A DNA stretch of 38,967 bases from Basidiobolus meristosporus CBS 931.73. Its lineage: Eukaryota; Fungi; Basidiobolomycota. How positions within the stretch are numbered: position 1 is the stretch's first letter; every line of letters begins with the position of its first letter. The notes beneath the pieces are model-generated. The model was not told the origin of the DNA. It made no database searches and saw only the letters and a program-made list of their open reading frames with translations. The stretch is taken from positions 1 to 38,967 of the forward strand of contig MCFE01000756.1 of NCBI GenBank assembly GCA_002104905.1. The letters are read 5' to 3'. Below are positions 1 through 12,470 of the stretch, piece after piece. A program made the translations under genes and the position numbers.

Positions 1-1738
1 AACAAAGCCTAAAAATCAAAAGACATTGAAGATCTGTGTAGCCATTGATGCAATTATGAAAAGTGGCTAATAGACAAGAGCTGTCAGAAGTCTAGCATGC
101 TATCACCTAAGGCCAGCATATGATGGGACCATCAGGAACTCAAGGCCAAGCAGAATGCACCTGACTTGTTCCATGAGCATTATCCTGAACTCAAATGGGA
201 AAACAGATTTTGGGCCAGCATTGGTATGCGCAAGAAAGTATCTGATGAATAGCAGAAACTATCAAAGGCAGAATAATAAGGGCGCCATGGCTAAAAACCT
301 GCGGTTTCCTCAAGAGCCCATTATAAGCAGCGCCAAAAGCTCCAGACAAGCGTCAAAGAGACATCAGGTAGCTGGAAGAGTGCCAATCAGGGACAAGCAG
401 GCAGACAAGGATGCACCAGCACAACATTTATCAAGGAAAAATTATAGTACCACTCAAGAAGCACCCAGTCATAGTAGCAGTGAAGGACCTGGCAGTGATA
501 AAAACCAGCCGCTTTTACAGGAGCCCATCACAACTATTGTTGAGAGCTAAAAGCAAGCAGAAAAGAAACGTCAGTTTGCCAGAAAAGTGCAAGCAAGGGA
601 CAAGCATGCCAAAACAGATGCATCAGAGCAGAATTTATCCAGGAAAGAACGTAGTTCTTTACAAGAAGCACTCAGACAAAGTAGCAGTGAAAGACTTGGC
701 AGTGACAAAGGAAAAGGTAAAGGGAAAAATGTCCACCCAAGCCTGAGACAGGGAGGCATGCCAAAAAAATTGCAGTTCTCACCAATTAACAGTGCAAGCC
801 AGGAACAGACTGCATCCCATCATAGACAAGAAGAATTACCTACAAGAAAACAGCTGCTTTCACAAGAGTTGGAAGTGCAGCCAGTTGAGCTACACTCTGG
901 CAAGGTAGATGAGTTTGCTGAAAAAGGCAACTTGTCTACCACAGCCTCCACAGCCTCCATTGTTGACAGAGTGGAGATCCCACTGACAGACAAGGCTACA
1001 AAGTCAAGAGCTTAAAAGACTATAACAATGCCTTCAGTGGAGTTTTGGAACATTAATAGGCACACCAAGAGGTTGCAGCATTTCTTCAAGATCAGTGCCC
1101 AAGAAAATGAACTGGAATATTGCAAGGACTTAATGCAAAGACTGGTAGATGAGGTGCTAGACCCTGCAGTACTGGCTAAAGCCCAGGATGTGTGGGAACT
1201 ATTGAATCAACAGCAACATTAAGCCATTGAGTTCCTTCCAAAGTTGTGGACCAGATCATTGCAGCAGAAATACTTATTGAGTGGTGGATTTTAATAGAGT
1301 TACTTGTTGAGTGTGGAGGTGGGCCTAGTGTTAGTGTAAGGTATAGGGACTTGTATAGGTCAATACAATTGGCAATTAAGGTACAACTGAAGTTTCAATG
1401 GAAATTAATCAATTTGTACGCATGAAAAGTAAGAGAAACGGTTGAGTCAGGAAGTAAGGAGTGTGAAAAAGAGGCAATAGCCAATCAATGCACACAAATG
1501 TAGGAGGCAATAGAGTGTCCGGGCTCAGAAAGTGAGCATATTGGTAGGGAACCAATCATAAGCCACTTATACATTGTTGTGATGAAAAGTTTTGCCTAAG
1601 TTTTTTGCAAAATCTGGGGGTCAATTATTTTTCAAAAGTCTCTGGACAGTGTCCCAACAGAATCAGTACCTCTTAGTCACAGGACTTCAACTTTGTGATG
1701 GCCATTTGACAGGATCATCTTAATAATTTTTCATAGGG
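1..1738 (+). mobile_element. CACTA/CMC DNA transposon end (left-type terminus, inverted) with decayed accessory ORF; runs off the window start
   Basis: Ends in TTTTCATAGGG (1728-1738), the reverse complement of CCCTATGAAAA, which fits the CMCWR terminus consensus. Colinear by eye with the reverse complement of 17998-18216 plus 21838-23000. ORF fragments 155-550, 587-1015 and 1028-1222 match minus-strand fragments 22255-22901. Confidence 0.75.
389..717 (+). repeat. Imperfect ~120-bp direct repeat, period 207 bp (69 codons), inside the CACTA accessory ORF
   Basis: AGGGACAAGC...GATGCA...ATTTATC.AGGAAA...CAAGAAGCAC.CAG...AGTAGCAGTGAA...GGCAGTGA begins at 389 and again at 596. Confidence 0.8.
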
Positions 1739-2449
1739 AACTGACTCAGTGTAATGTAACTAAGTCAATTTACCAAGTGGTATTTCATTTTCTACCTTCC
1801 CTTGGCCATTCATGTACTTTACTATAGAATTGTACCTCTTTATTTGAGTATCTACTACTACTGTTGGGATCCCACATATTGCTTGAGTCAAAACAAACTG
1901 TGGTCTCTTGCTTACAAACCTCTATATATATATGCACATCCACCACCACTAATGGATGTATCTTACACCACTATTTCACAACTCTTGAGTGTGATACTAG
2001 CAAAGTTGACATCAATCTTGTATTGCTAGCATTAACACATTTTACCTACATATGCCTAGTTACTACCACTTATCCTGTCAGTACCTCTTAACTAGCCACC
2101 AAATACTGTTAGGTACTTGGCCAATATGTTTCTTCTCCTTCCTAGATACTAGTTCACCTTATAGTTGTGCTCTAGCTCTTGTTCATATGTGCTCTTTGCC
2201 AAAAGGGGTGGAGGTTGGGTTGTACACAGGTGAAATTGTCATATCTAAGTTCAGTTGTCCCAAAAGTAATCAGTTGCTTGTGGCATCCAACCTAATCTTA
2301 CATTGCTCATCTGCTCACCCACTCATTTGAGCTGCTTAGCATACCATTACCAATGGCATAGGTATCTCCAAGTGCACATCTGCGCTCAGCATTTTTGTCC
2401 TCATTCTGGCTGTCCTCTATATGCCAATTCTTTGTATCCATGATACACT

Positions 2450-3110
2450 TAAAAGTAGTTTTTTTGATGTGATTGAGATATGGTAAAAATGTTAACTTTA
2501 CTTGTCACTCATTTTCCCACATATCCCCCCACAGGATACTTCTAATAGGCAAATAAAAGTCCAATACTTTCAACATGCTTAGCAGGGTGTGGTATACAAT
2601 AGATACAGTAGCAGCAGAGATCTACACATTCAACTTTATACTTGTAATGTAGCCAATCATATCCTGTCACAAACTCCCTGTGTACAAAGGTGCAGTTGGG
2701 CTATATTGCATTGGTAATCCAATCCTGGAATAATATTTGTACAATATCAGCATATGAATTTCATTACTTCCAAGGTACTCAGGGTGGGAATTTCTTCCAA
2801 AGGCAACTTGAAAAGATATATATCAAGAACATTCAGTCCGTATATCCATACTTTTATATAGGAATATGGGATGCACTTGAAACCTGTAAGAGGCTCTCTG
2901 TGCAGCAGATACTCTGAAATATCCTACCTATTCTTTCAAATTTCTCAGGTGTCCAAAGAGCTCATTTAGCTTAGAATGCCCTATGTGCAGCTTTGTAATT
3001 GGTATTGGGATACTGTTGAAGAGCAAATGCATTGCTACCAGTGGAAAGCTCTTGCTCCAACTAATTCCCTCTATCTTGAGTTTCTCCAGTATGATGGTAT
3101 TAAGAAGCAA
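2450..3110 (-). pseudogene. Highly degraded Ty3/gypsy integrase remnant
   Basis: Minus-strand fragments such as YISFQVAFGRN resemble the integrase SPF..xGR.P motif. Many stops; no LTRs found. Confidence 0.4.
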
Positions 3111-3489
3111 CTAAATGAGTGAACCCTATTATAAGTCTCAAACTTGGAATTCATCTGATTTTCAGCTGGCATTCAGCTGGTATTTTAATGGTTTTTGCTG
3201 GTATTCAGCTGGTGTTTTGGTTCAATATTTCAAGTGCAATTTGCAATGGAAGCAATGGGCAGCTAATCACCAAACTTGGTGTGGACACTAGTTGGCCTAA
3301 TACTGTCCTGAAGAGCTTGATTGCTTGCCTACTCATCAGCTGACTACAGAGATCTTGAGAATTTTCTCTTTCAGAAACTTGGAATTCAGTTGATATTAAG
3401 ATGGTATTTTACTGACCTTTTCTTGATTTTTTTTCTTAGGGTGAAAATACTAGCTTATTGGGTGGACTAAGTTTCTCCAAAGACCTCAC

Positions 3490-3780
3490 AGGTGTAACTG
3501 CCTAGGTAGGTGCAGTCTTCAACTGCTATCCAATAAGGGAAAGGTTACTGATAGTAGGGTGAGTAGTTGACTTTCCACTGATACTTTTCTGATTGACAGG
3601 TAATTACTAATAACAAGGTTTGAGAAGATTCCAACAATCAATTGAATTGATAATGGCATCAATGTCAGATAAAAATACCCTATGAAAGTCCAAAAGGATT
3701 CTAAAAGGTGCAGCACATCCAACTGATCAAGCCTCAGTAGTCTGCAACTTGTGTAACATAGTGATACCAAATACTGATAA
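3490..3780 (-). repeat. Degenerate fragment of a family-B LTR
   Basis: Reverse complement aligns to the central part of LTR 18217-19020 (CAGACTACTGA, GTGCTG..CCTTTTAGAA, TTAGTAAT, CTATCAGTAAC, CTTATTG..TAGCAGTTGA..ACTGCACCT). Confidence 0.75.
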
Positions 3781-5454
3781 GTTACATGTGGACAAGTGAA
3801 TTAAAACAGACTTGTTTCCTTGTACTGTGCCAGCATGTGCAGCACCATTCACTGCTTTAAAGTACAAGTGGGCACAGTGCTATAGCTACCAGTAGGCAAC
3901 ATTGCTCTTGGACAATTCTGCACCATGTGGGACAATCTTGTATATTATGGCACAATCTGACACAACAAGGTTTGTGTAGGTGATTGTACCAACCTGTGAT
4001 GTTGGCTCCACATATGCAATCAGATACAACTATCATGGTTGGTAAAATCTGGTTTTTGAATATGTTTCTCACATGTAGATGACAATTAATGCACATTACT
4101 CTATACACAATACTGATACTTACCACTTGAGCTACCTTACCTGTGATTGGATGGCATGTCAGGTATTGATTGGTTCAGAAGTATCTTAAAGCTGTGAGCC
4201 TCTAATTGCCTTATTTACCAATATACAAGCTGCATGATTTGCCATCAAATATCCCATTTTGTTTATTGAGCAAGTAAATCCCAGACTTGAGTGATTGCGC
4301 AAGCTATGGTGTGTAGTATGCAACCAATCAGGTAGCTGCTGACCAGAACCTACAGCTACACTGGTGTTAGAGATGGTGGAAGAATTTGCAGAATGCTTAT
4401 TTGAAAGGTTTCTGTCTCATGTGCTAGAATTCCTTGCTATTACTCACATCAAAAACCAGGTGATCATTGGTTTGAATTGGAATGCATAATATTAGGTTGT
4501 TTGAGTCATGATAAATGATAATAGCCCCTGGCAATTGCTTCATCTTTGCCTAGTTTTATTTCTCACAGGTATTACTTGTTAGCATATGGTGGTGATTTAC
4601 TTTGCACCCCCAATCTACATTCTTGGAGATTATCATCCAGAAGCAACTTGCAGATGGTCAGGTGTAATGGCAAACATAGGTGCAAGATGTTGCATCAATG
4701 TGGCCCTTGGCTGAGTCCAATGTGATGCTGTGTGTAATGGAACATGGCCTGCTTCAGTGCACTTGTGTCAAGCAAAACAATGCAGTTGTCAAGTTCTGGT
4801 AGTTTTGCTCTGAACTCCACACATTGAGCCCACATGCATTGGCTTGGAGCATGGTGCTCATGTGAAAAATATTAGCATAGATTGGACTGGCATGTGCAGG
4901 CATGCTGGCATAACATGGCTTGGTCAGGAAGCTGGCAAGGCCAGCTGTTGCAATATTGAAATAGTTGCAAGTAGTCTGTTTTGTTTTACTTTGAGTACAC
5001 CTTTTATTGCTGCAGATACTCACTTTCTATCTGCCTGATACTTTGGAGCTGCTACCTTGCTGAGTCCTGTGTATATTACTCTTGGACACCACTTGGCTCT
5101 ACAAATATATCATGTAGTACATTAGTTATTTGAGGCAAAATGATGCTCAAGATCATGTTGGTACCAAAAGTTGAGGAAGAAGCAGATGCATTTGGTCCAT
5201 ACTGCCTAAATTGCATGCAGGATTGCATGCATGCAGCCTCCACATCAAGTCCTTACATTCTCTGCCAAGTTCTGATTGGCACACTAAATCCAGCTCCAAA
5301 GATTTGTAATATGTTACAAAAATGCAAGCCACTATCTTGGTCCACTGGTGCTCTATGGCACTATAAGTGCTTTGCTTAGGTTTTACTTTAGGGCATATAT
5401 ATATATATCTTAGGCTTATTTCTAAATATAGTGCCAGACAGTAAAAGTGGACTA

Positions 5455-5773
5455 AGAAAGTGCCATGCATTTTTGTCAAATGTTGCAAGCTTTTAGAGCT
5501 TGACTCAGAGGGCCATGGGTATTAAGTACCAAAGGCATGTCATCTGTCCTTCTGTACTCTTATGCATCATACTGAACATTGATGCCAAAAAAAAGTTAAA
5601 GAATGCTTTTTCTCCAGCACAGTGGGTGAAACACAGGGGCTGCTTTACGTGACAATGTAGAATTCTATTTCTCATTGTGTGGCCAAGCATGAGTTTGCGG
5701 TGCCACTCTGGTACACTATGACATTGTTTGGCACCCATGGCTCAGTGAGGCAATATCTGACACAACAAGTCTA
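5455..5773 (+). repeat. TIR-repeat family D, right-end copy
   Basis: Colinear with 28497-28813. Ends in AACAAGTCTA and is rich in GTGCCA/TGGCAC motifs. Confidence 0.75.
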
Positions 5774-5887
5774 CTATGCATGATGCATTGTAGATAGCCT
5801 TGACATGGATCAGTGTCACATCAGTTGCAGATTTTCTATTTTCATTATAGAATTCTGAGTAATTTACAAATTTAATCACCATGTCTT

Positions 5888-6235
5888 CAGATTTACTTTG
5901 TTGGATAGTGTCACATGAGTCATGAGTCCCATATAGTGCCATGGTGTGCCAGAGTGGCATAGCAGACCTATACCTTGTCACAGAGTATGAAAGATAACTC
6001 TTCATCTTTGTGCAGAGCAGCCCCTATGCTTCTACTGCTATGCCGGAGAAGATCCATTTTTTTGGAGAAATTTTGTTCATGATGTATAAGAGCACAGAAG
6101 GCCTGAAGAGATGTACTTAGTGCTCAACAGCCATTGCACTCTGAGCTTAACTCCAGAAGCTTGTAACACATGACAAAAATGTATAGCAATATCTTGGTCC
6201 ACTGATACTATCTAGCACTATGAGTGCCTTATATA
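5888..6235 (-). repeat. TIR-repeat family D, inverted copy
   Basis: Reverse complement aligns with 28470-28813 and 5455-5773. Confidence 0.75.
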
Positions 6236-6409
6236 GGTTTTACATCAGGTGTATTATTACTCACACTTTGATAGCTTGCCATATAGCTTGTACTCTGTTA
6301 GCCTCTTCCAGACCTTCTTGATATGCACCAAGTGGTCCTCTTGTGTTGTACTGTATATAAATATGTCATTTAGGTGAATTATTGCAAATGTGTCTAAGTA
6401 CTTCTACAA

Positions 6410-6680
6410 GACAGTGATCATCAAAGTCATGAATGTTGCTGGGGCATTGATGAGGCCAAAACTAATGACTAGGTACTTGTATTGTCTATATCTAATGCTG
6501 AATGCTGTCCAAGTGATATCTTCTGATTTCACCCTTACCTAGCTGAATCTTGACATGGGCTCAATTTTGCTGAATAGTGTGGCTCCATTAAGTTGGTCAG
6601 TAAGATCATCAATTGACAATATGGGGTACTTATACCTCACAGTGACAGATTTCAGTGCTCTAGTTAATATTTATCCTAAG
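6410..6680 (-). pseudogene. Ty3/gypsy reverse transcriptase remnant (family A-like)
   Basis: Nucleotide similarity to 10400-10680 (CATGAATGTTGC.GGGGCATT, GGCCAAAACT.ATGACTA.GTACTTGTA, TAGTGGCTCCATTAAGTTGGTC-like blocks). Confidence 0.7.
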
Positions 6681-6689
6681 TGGCAATTG

Positions 6690-6830
6690 ACCATGTCACC
6701 AAATGGCCAGTGAATAAGAAGTGTAAGTTTCATCTACCATGAGATCCTCAAAAAGACTGAGTGCCCTGTGAAAATCTGATTTGATAAAGGAGCAAGCTTT
6801 GTGGCAAAAGTGCACATGGAGACACCTATG
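6690..6830 (+). pseudogene. Ty3/gypsy integrase core remnant
   Basis: Translates to VSFIYHEILKKTECPVKI*FDKGASFVAK, versus VASFIYHEIFMKYSCPVEILSDRGANFMAK in ORF 8421-9077. Confidence 0.65.
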
Positions 6831-7768
6831 CCTATGGCATTAAGAAGCTAAGCAGTCCCAATGTGTGGGTAATGAGTGAAGTAATGCAAAGTTGGGTTGG
6901 GTGCAACAAGCAACTAATTTTTATCAAGAAAACTCCACCAAGATATGCCGGATTTCTTGTGGTCACAAGCTAACTTCTACACCATTCAATATGGAATTCA
7001 CACAAACAGAAGCCAGAGCACACCTATAAGGGGGACTAGAATCCAGCAGGGAGAAGGAATATATTGGCTAAATACCAAGAAGTTCTTTGCGGATATTGAG
7101 GAGGTATTCATGGCAGAATTGGCAACAACCAAGCATATGTTTGCAAGATGTATATGTTACCAGCAGTACAAGGTATATGGCAACTTTGCAAGTATCACAC
7201 TAAAAAGCCATAAAGTTGAGGTGATAGAAGTATGTCAATTGCCGCAGGTGTGCACATTTGTAGAGGTTAGTAAGCAGGAGGCCATAGTTTTTTTTGATTC
7301 AAACTATATGTGGAATACCCAAGGTAGTAGTGGGTAAGCAAATAAAGAAAGGTGATCTACAGTGGAATATATGAATTGCACAAGGGGAGGTAGACAAAGG
7401 AAATACCATTTGGTATATTGGTATGGTAGCATTATACAGAACCAGCAGCAGGCTGCCATACTGCCAAGAAAAAGCCATCAGAGTCTTACTGTGAGGCCGT
7501 CAAAATACCGTCAAGTTTCTTGCCATATAAGGCAATTGGAAGTCCCGGCCAACTGGATCCACTTAAAATAGTAAAAGAGTGCTGAAAGACTGCAACAATG
7601 CCATGTAAATATTGTCACAGCACCAATCAAAAATTGTCAAGCTTTATCCCTTTATTTGGCTGTAAAATTTGCAAAACACCGTCATGATCTTGTTATAAGA
7701 TTGTCAGGAGGGTCACTAATTCCAAGCTGCTGTTATTATGACAGTCTCTAAATGGGATCTTGATGGAT

Positions 7769-7814
7769 GATCTGGATTGGATCCACCTGTGGGACCAAAT
7801 TATTTTTCATAGGG
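7769..7814 (+). mobile_element. CACTA/CMC right-type terminus
   Basis: 46-bp block, 41/46 identical to 30573-30618, ending in TTTTTCATAGGG. It abuts gypsy RNase H sequence. Confidence 0.75.
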
Positions 7815-7905
7815 TCCATCTTGTCATTCTTCTGGAGAGTGCCTTCTGAGGAAATATATATATGATTGAGGTATGAGCAGTTGGTACAGTGCACTTGACT
7901 CCTTC

Positions 7906-8273
7906 TGTTACAAGTCTTGGTAATAGAGTGGTAGAGCAATAGGGAGTTTAGCTAGTATTGTATTCACTAAAACTTGAACTGATCTTTATTGAGGTTCCAG
8001 CAGCTCCTTATATACAATTTGCCAGATCAATTGCTGACTAATTGTATTTCCTAAAGTAGGCTGTGGCTGATGACTCATTTGATTGCATCATCATCACCCA
8101 ATAAGATCCTACTTAATATATCTATTTCTGTCTGATAAGGATCTGCTGATTCATTTGCTGACTAATGCTACTGATTTCATAGATAATACTGATATACTGA
8201 TAACCTAAACATACACTAATTGATTTGACTAAAAACTGATCTAACTTAATCATTCATGTGGCAGATCATAACA
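7906..8273 (-). repeat. Family A 3' LTR (368 bp)
   Basis: TGTTACAAG...GATCATAACA; about 25 mismatches versus 12471-12838 by eye; PPT adjacent. Confidence 0.95.
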
Positions 8274-8285
8274 TTCTCCCCTACT
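8274..8285 (-). promoter_or_regulatory. Polypurine tract of element A
   Basis: Minus strand reads AGTAGGGGAGAA immediately before the 3' LTR. Confidence 0.85.
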
Positions 8286-8420
8286 AAAGTTGAGAGGGTT
8301 CTCCTGAATCTCATTTCTTGTGATACTAATATCTTGATGGTTCAGTATTATTGGCAAGTCTTGCAAGCTTGAGTCTGTCCCTATGCACTGAGTCTTCCCA
8401 GATATTGCCTTGCTTGTCCA

Positions 8421-10677
8421 CTAGTTGGTAAGTTGCAATGGACATTCTCTGATGATCTTGAATGGTCCTATCCATTGTAGCTCAAACTTCTTCCAAGTGG
8501 TGTTTCTTAGTAATTCAATGTTCCCAACTCTTAATGCTTCTGGTTCTATAGTCTTATCAAATCTCAACTTCATCTTTTCTGCACTTTGAGATACTTTGGT
8601 CTGTGCCTCTTGACATCTTTGTTCCAGTTGCTGGTGTCTACTTGGCTGACTAAGTTCATCTTTTAAGGTGTCTGTAAGTGTTGGTTGTGTGAGATCTCCT
8701 GGAATCCTTGGTTCACATCCATATACTAAGTAAAATGGCAATTGCTGGGTGGTGTTGTGTACTCTGACTCTGCATGCAAAGAGTGCTTGGTCTATATACT
8801 GGTTCCATCTACTGACAATTCCATTTGCATACTTGGTCAGCTTTTTTCCAAATAATTCATTAAACCATTCAGTGACTCCATTAGTTCTGGGGTGATATGC
8901 CAAGGTTTTCAAGTGTTTGATCTGCTGCATTTCCAGGTAAGCTTCCAATGTCTTTGCCATAAAGTTTGCACCTCTATCAGATAGAATTTCTACAGGGCAA
9001 CTATATTTCATAAAGATTTCATGGTAGATGAAACTTGCAACTTCTTGTTCACTGGTTATAAGTACAGCTGTAGTCACTGGCCATTTTGTGCATGGTCAAT
9101 ACTACTAGGATCCAACAGTTGCGTTCCCTTGTAGTTGGCAGTCTTCCAATAAAGTCAATTCCCCATCTTACAAATGGTCTTACAGGCTCCAAGGGAAAGA
9201 GTCCAGCAATTCTCTGTGGTTGGCCTTGGTTGATTTGGTAATTTGGGCATGATTTCACTAGCTTCTCAATGTCTTGTTTTATTCTGGGCCACCATGCTCT
9301 GGCTTTCACAAGACTATAGGTTCCTTCAATTCCAAGATATCCATATCCATTGTGTAGCTTATGTATTAAATTGAGGTGATAAACATAAGGGCAATAGGCA
9401 ATAGGGCTTCCATCAACAATTTGGTAGAGTGTTTCATCCTGTACTACAAATTTGCTGGCTTCATCCCGGATTATCTTCTTGATATCCTCATCCACCTCAT
9501 TAGGAATGACTTGGTCCTCCAAGTACTTTGGTAATAGGCTACACCAATCTGATTCATGCACCAAGTTGAGTTGTGCAACTTGTTCTAATCTTGATAAGGT
9601 GTCAGCAACTGTGTTGTTTTTTCCAGGGCTGTAGACAATCTGCAAGTCAAATTGCTGAATGTATTCACTCCATCTTGTCATTCTTCTAGAGAGTACCTTC
9701 TGAGTAAATATATACTTGAGGGGGGCATGATCAGTCTTCACAGTGCATTTGACTCCTTGAATATAGCATCTCCATGTCTTCAAACAGTGTATTATAGCAA
9801 GCATCTCCTTCTCATGGACTGGATAGTTTTGTTCTGCTGAGTTCAGTTTCTTGGATTCAAAGGCAACAGGGTAGTCCCTTCTCTTGTGTTCTTAGCTCAA
9901 CACTCCACCAATTGCATAATCTGAAGCATATGTGCACAGAGTAAACTCTTCTCTGAAGTCAGGTATTCTTAAGCTTGGCAGCTTAGCAAGTTCATTCTTG
10001 AGTGTCTGGAAGGCAGTTTCACAAGCTATGTCCCACTTGTAGGTATTGTCTTACTTGAGGATATCAGTTAAAGGTGCTGCAATACTTGCCAAGGACTTGA
10101 CAAATCCCCAATAATAGGAAACCATTCCAAGGAATGATCTGAGTTCTGATATGCTATGGGGCTGCTTCAGGTTCTTGATAACTTCAACCTTCTTAGAGTC
10201 TAAGGTCACTCCTGTGCTAGTCACCATGTGTCCCAGGTATTCAATGTGTTCCTCAAAGAATTCACACTTGGCTAGCTTGCCATGTAGCTTGTTCACTCTT
10301 AGTTTCTTCAAGACCTTTTCAATGTGCACCACGTGATCCTCTTCTGTCTTGCTGTATATCAATATGTCATTCTGGTAGATTATCACAAACTTGTCTAAGT
10401 ACTCCTGAAACACAGTCCGCATCAGCATCATGAATGTTGCAGGGGCATTAGTGAGGCCAAAACTCATGACTAAGTACTTGTAATGTCCATATCTGGTCAT
10501 GAATGCTGTCTTAGGGATATCTTCTGGCTTCACCCTAATCTGGTTGTATCCTGACATGAGGTCAATCTTGCTGAAAATAGTGGCTCCATTAAGTTGGTCC
10601 AAAAGCTCATTGATCCAAGGTATGGGGTACTTAATCTTGACGGTAATTGAGTTCAGGGCTTTGTAGTCAATGCACAT
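8421..10677 (-). pseudogene. Element A pol: RT, RNase H, integrase (frameshifted, with stops)
   Basis: RT: CIDYKALN, FSKIDLMSGYNQI, FGLTNAPATF, YQNDILI. RNase H: EMLAIIHCLKTWR, VKTDHAPL. Integrase: WGIDFIG, ILSDRGANF, HPRTNG..E, WIGPFKI. Confidence 0.92.
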
Positions 10678-10922
10678 CCTAAGTATTCCATCCTACTTTT
10701 TCACAAAAAGCACTGGTGCTCCCCAAGGTGACTTACTGGGTCTGATATATCCTTGCTCCAATAGCTGATCAACTTGTCTCTTCATTTCCTCCAATTCCAA
10801 TGGACTCATTCTGTAAGGTGTCTTGCTCACTGGAGGGCTATCTCCTGTGTCAATGGCATGATCCATGTCTCTGACTGGTGGTAGGCTTACAAGCTCATCT
10901 GGAAGCATGTCTGAATATTTCT

Positions 10923-12439
10923 TCAAGAGAGTCTGGACCTGCTGGGGTGCTGGGGTAGAGGAATCCTCCGGTAATACCGCCTTGAGGAACATCTGAGTAC
11001 CTTTTCTAAGTGCTCTACAGAACTGGGTCTTGCTATGTTCACTTGTCTCAGACATACTGGAATTGACCAAGTTGAAATCCAGCCTGGCAGGTAATAGCTC
11101 ATAGGTCTTGTTGTCCTTTTGGATCTGAGTAGCATGGGTTCTCCAGTGATTGATGCATTACAACAAAATAGCCAGGTTTTTCCAAGTACAAGGTCAAACT
11201 TGCACTTCCCAAATATATAAGCCTGTAGGTCTTCTTCATAGTCATTGATCTTCATTCTTACTGGCTGGGTAATACAGTTGATTATGTGAAAGTTCCCATC
11301 AGCTGTGGAGACTGAAGTTGATTTGGTAGGTTCTGAGTTGACTCCAGCTTTCAAGGCAAATTGTTCTGACATGTATTCATGTGGTGCTCCTGAGTCAATC
11401 ATGATTTTGGCAGGTACTTCATTGATCACTCCATTTAAGTACAATAACTTCCCTGAGTTTGAGGTCATTTGGGACAAGTACTCTTCTGTTGTATGGAAGG
11501 TAAGTTCCAAGTCTTCTTCAAGCTTGTCCTCCATATTACTGTGTTCATGGGACTCAATATGGCTGAAGGTTCTTGTTGGCTGGTGTCCATTTCTTCTCTG
11601 GGGGCAGTACTTTGAGATGCGTCCTTACTGGTGGCAATTGAATCAAAGTCCTTTCTCCTGCATTCTTCTGAGGTGGGGTTCATCTGCATAGCATCTATTT
11701 CCATTGGCACTACTTCTGACTGTCTTCTTTCATAATGATTGTAGCCTTTCTGATTAGTCACTGTAGGCTTCCCAACTCCAAACATAGCTGAGTAATAGTC
11801 AATGGCAATCTTGATGGCTTCTTCAATAGTCTGAGGTCTTTGATAATTCACTTCCTTGCAAGTTCTTTCTTTCAACCTATCAATAAAGTTTTCAACTTGA
11901 TCCAGGGGGTCCATTCTTTCAATTTGTTCAAGTAGACATCTGTACTCATAGATGTATTCTTGAACCATTCCTTTCTGTCTGAGTGTCTTTAACTTCCTTC
12001 TTAGTAGTGTCTGCTGATGTGGAGGTTCAAAATCATGCTGAATTTCCAACACAAACTCATCCCAGGTAGAGATTGTAGAGCATCCCATCATAGTGGCTGA
12101 CCTGATCTTGTTGTGGTACCACTGTAAAGCTGCATCTGCCAGGTAAGAAGCTGCATAATGCAACTTGCTTTCTGGAGCAATTCCTTTAGCTTTAAAAGCT
12201 TCTTCAATCTGAAAGAGCCAAGTTCCCAGGTTTTCATTGACTCTGCCATGGTACCGGTTGACCTTCACACTAAGGTTGCTCTTAACAGGGCTTTGCTGGT
12301 TCTGAGCTATGGTAGTCATTCCTTGTTGCTGTTGGCTGAGGATCTGGAGTAACTGTTGCTGTTGGGCCAGGATTTGCTGCATGGCATTCTTCCATTCTTG
12401 ATTGTCCAACATCTTGAGGGTGGTTTCTTCTTTCTTCAC
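10923..12439 (-). pseudogene. Element A gag, CCHC knuckle and aspartic protease
   Basis: Retrotrans_gag-like segment (LGTWLFQIE, AALQWY, TWDEF, LRQKGMVQEY). An out-of-frame knuckle FNCHQ*GRISKYC lies near 11600-11650. Protease motifs MIDSGA and DLVLGKTWL. Confidence 0.88.
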
Positions 12440-12458
12440 AAGGGAGGTTTCTGGTTAT

Positions 12459-12469
12459 TGCTGCTACCA
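12459..12469 (-). promoter_or_regulatory. Primer-binding site of element A, initiator tRNA-Met type
   Basis: Minus strand TGGTAGCAG one base after the 5' LTR, complementary to a ...CUGCUACCA tRNA 3' end. Confidence 0.7.
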
Positions 12470-12470
12470 A

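Noticed and set aside
3678-3687. CCCTATGAAA resembling a fifth CACTA end
   Set aside because: It lies inside a colinear family-B LTR remnant and lacks the subterminal sequence; treated as chance.
3808-5773. Possible single family D element from AGACTTGTTTCC (3808) to 5773
   Set aside because: No matching flanks and no interpretable interior, so the pairing is unsupported.
1800-7600. Numerous 60-130 aa ORFs on both strands
   Set aside because: Apart from the TE remnants listed, they lack motifs and are expected by chance in decayed repeats.
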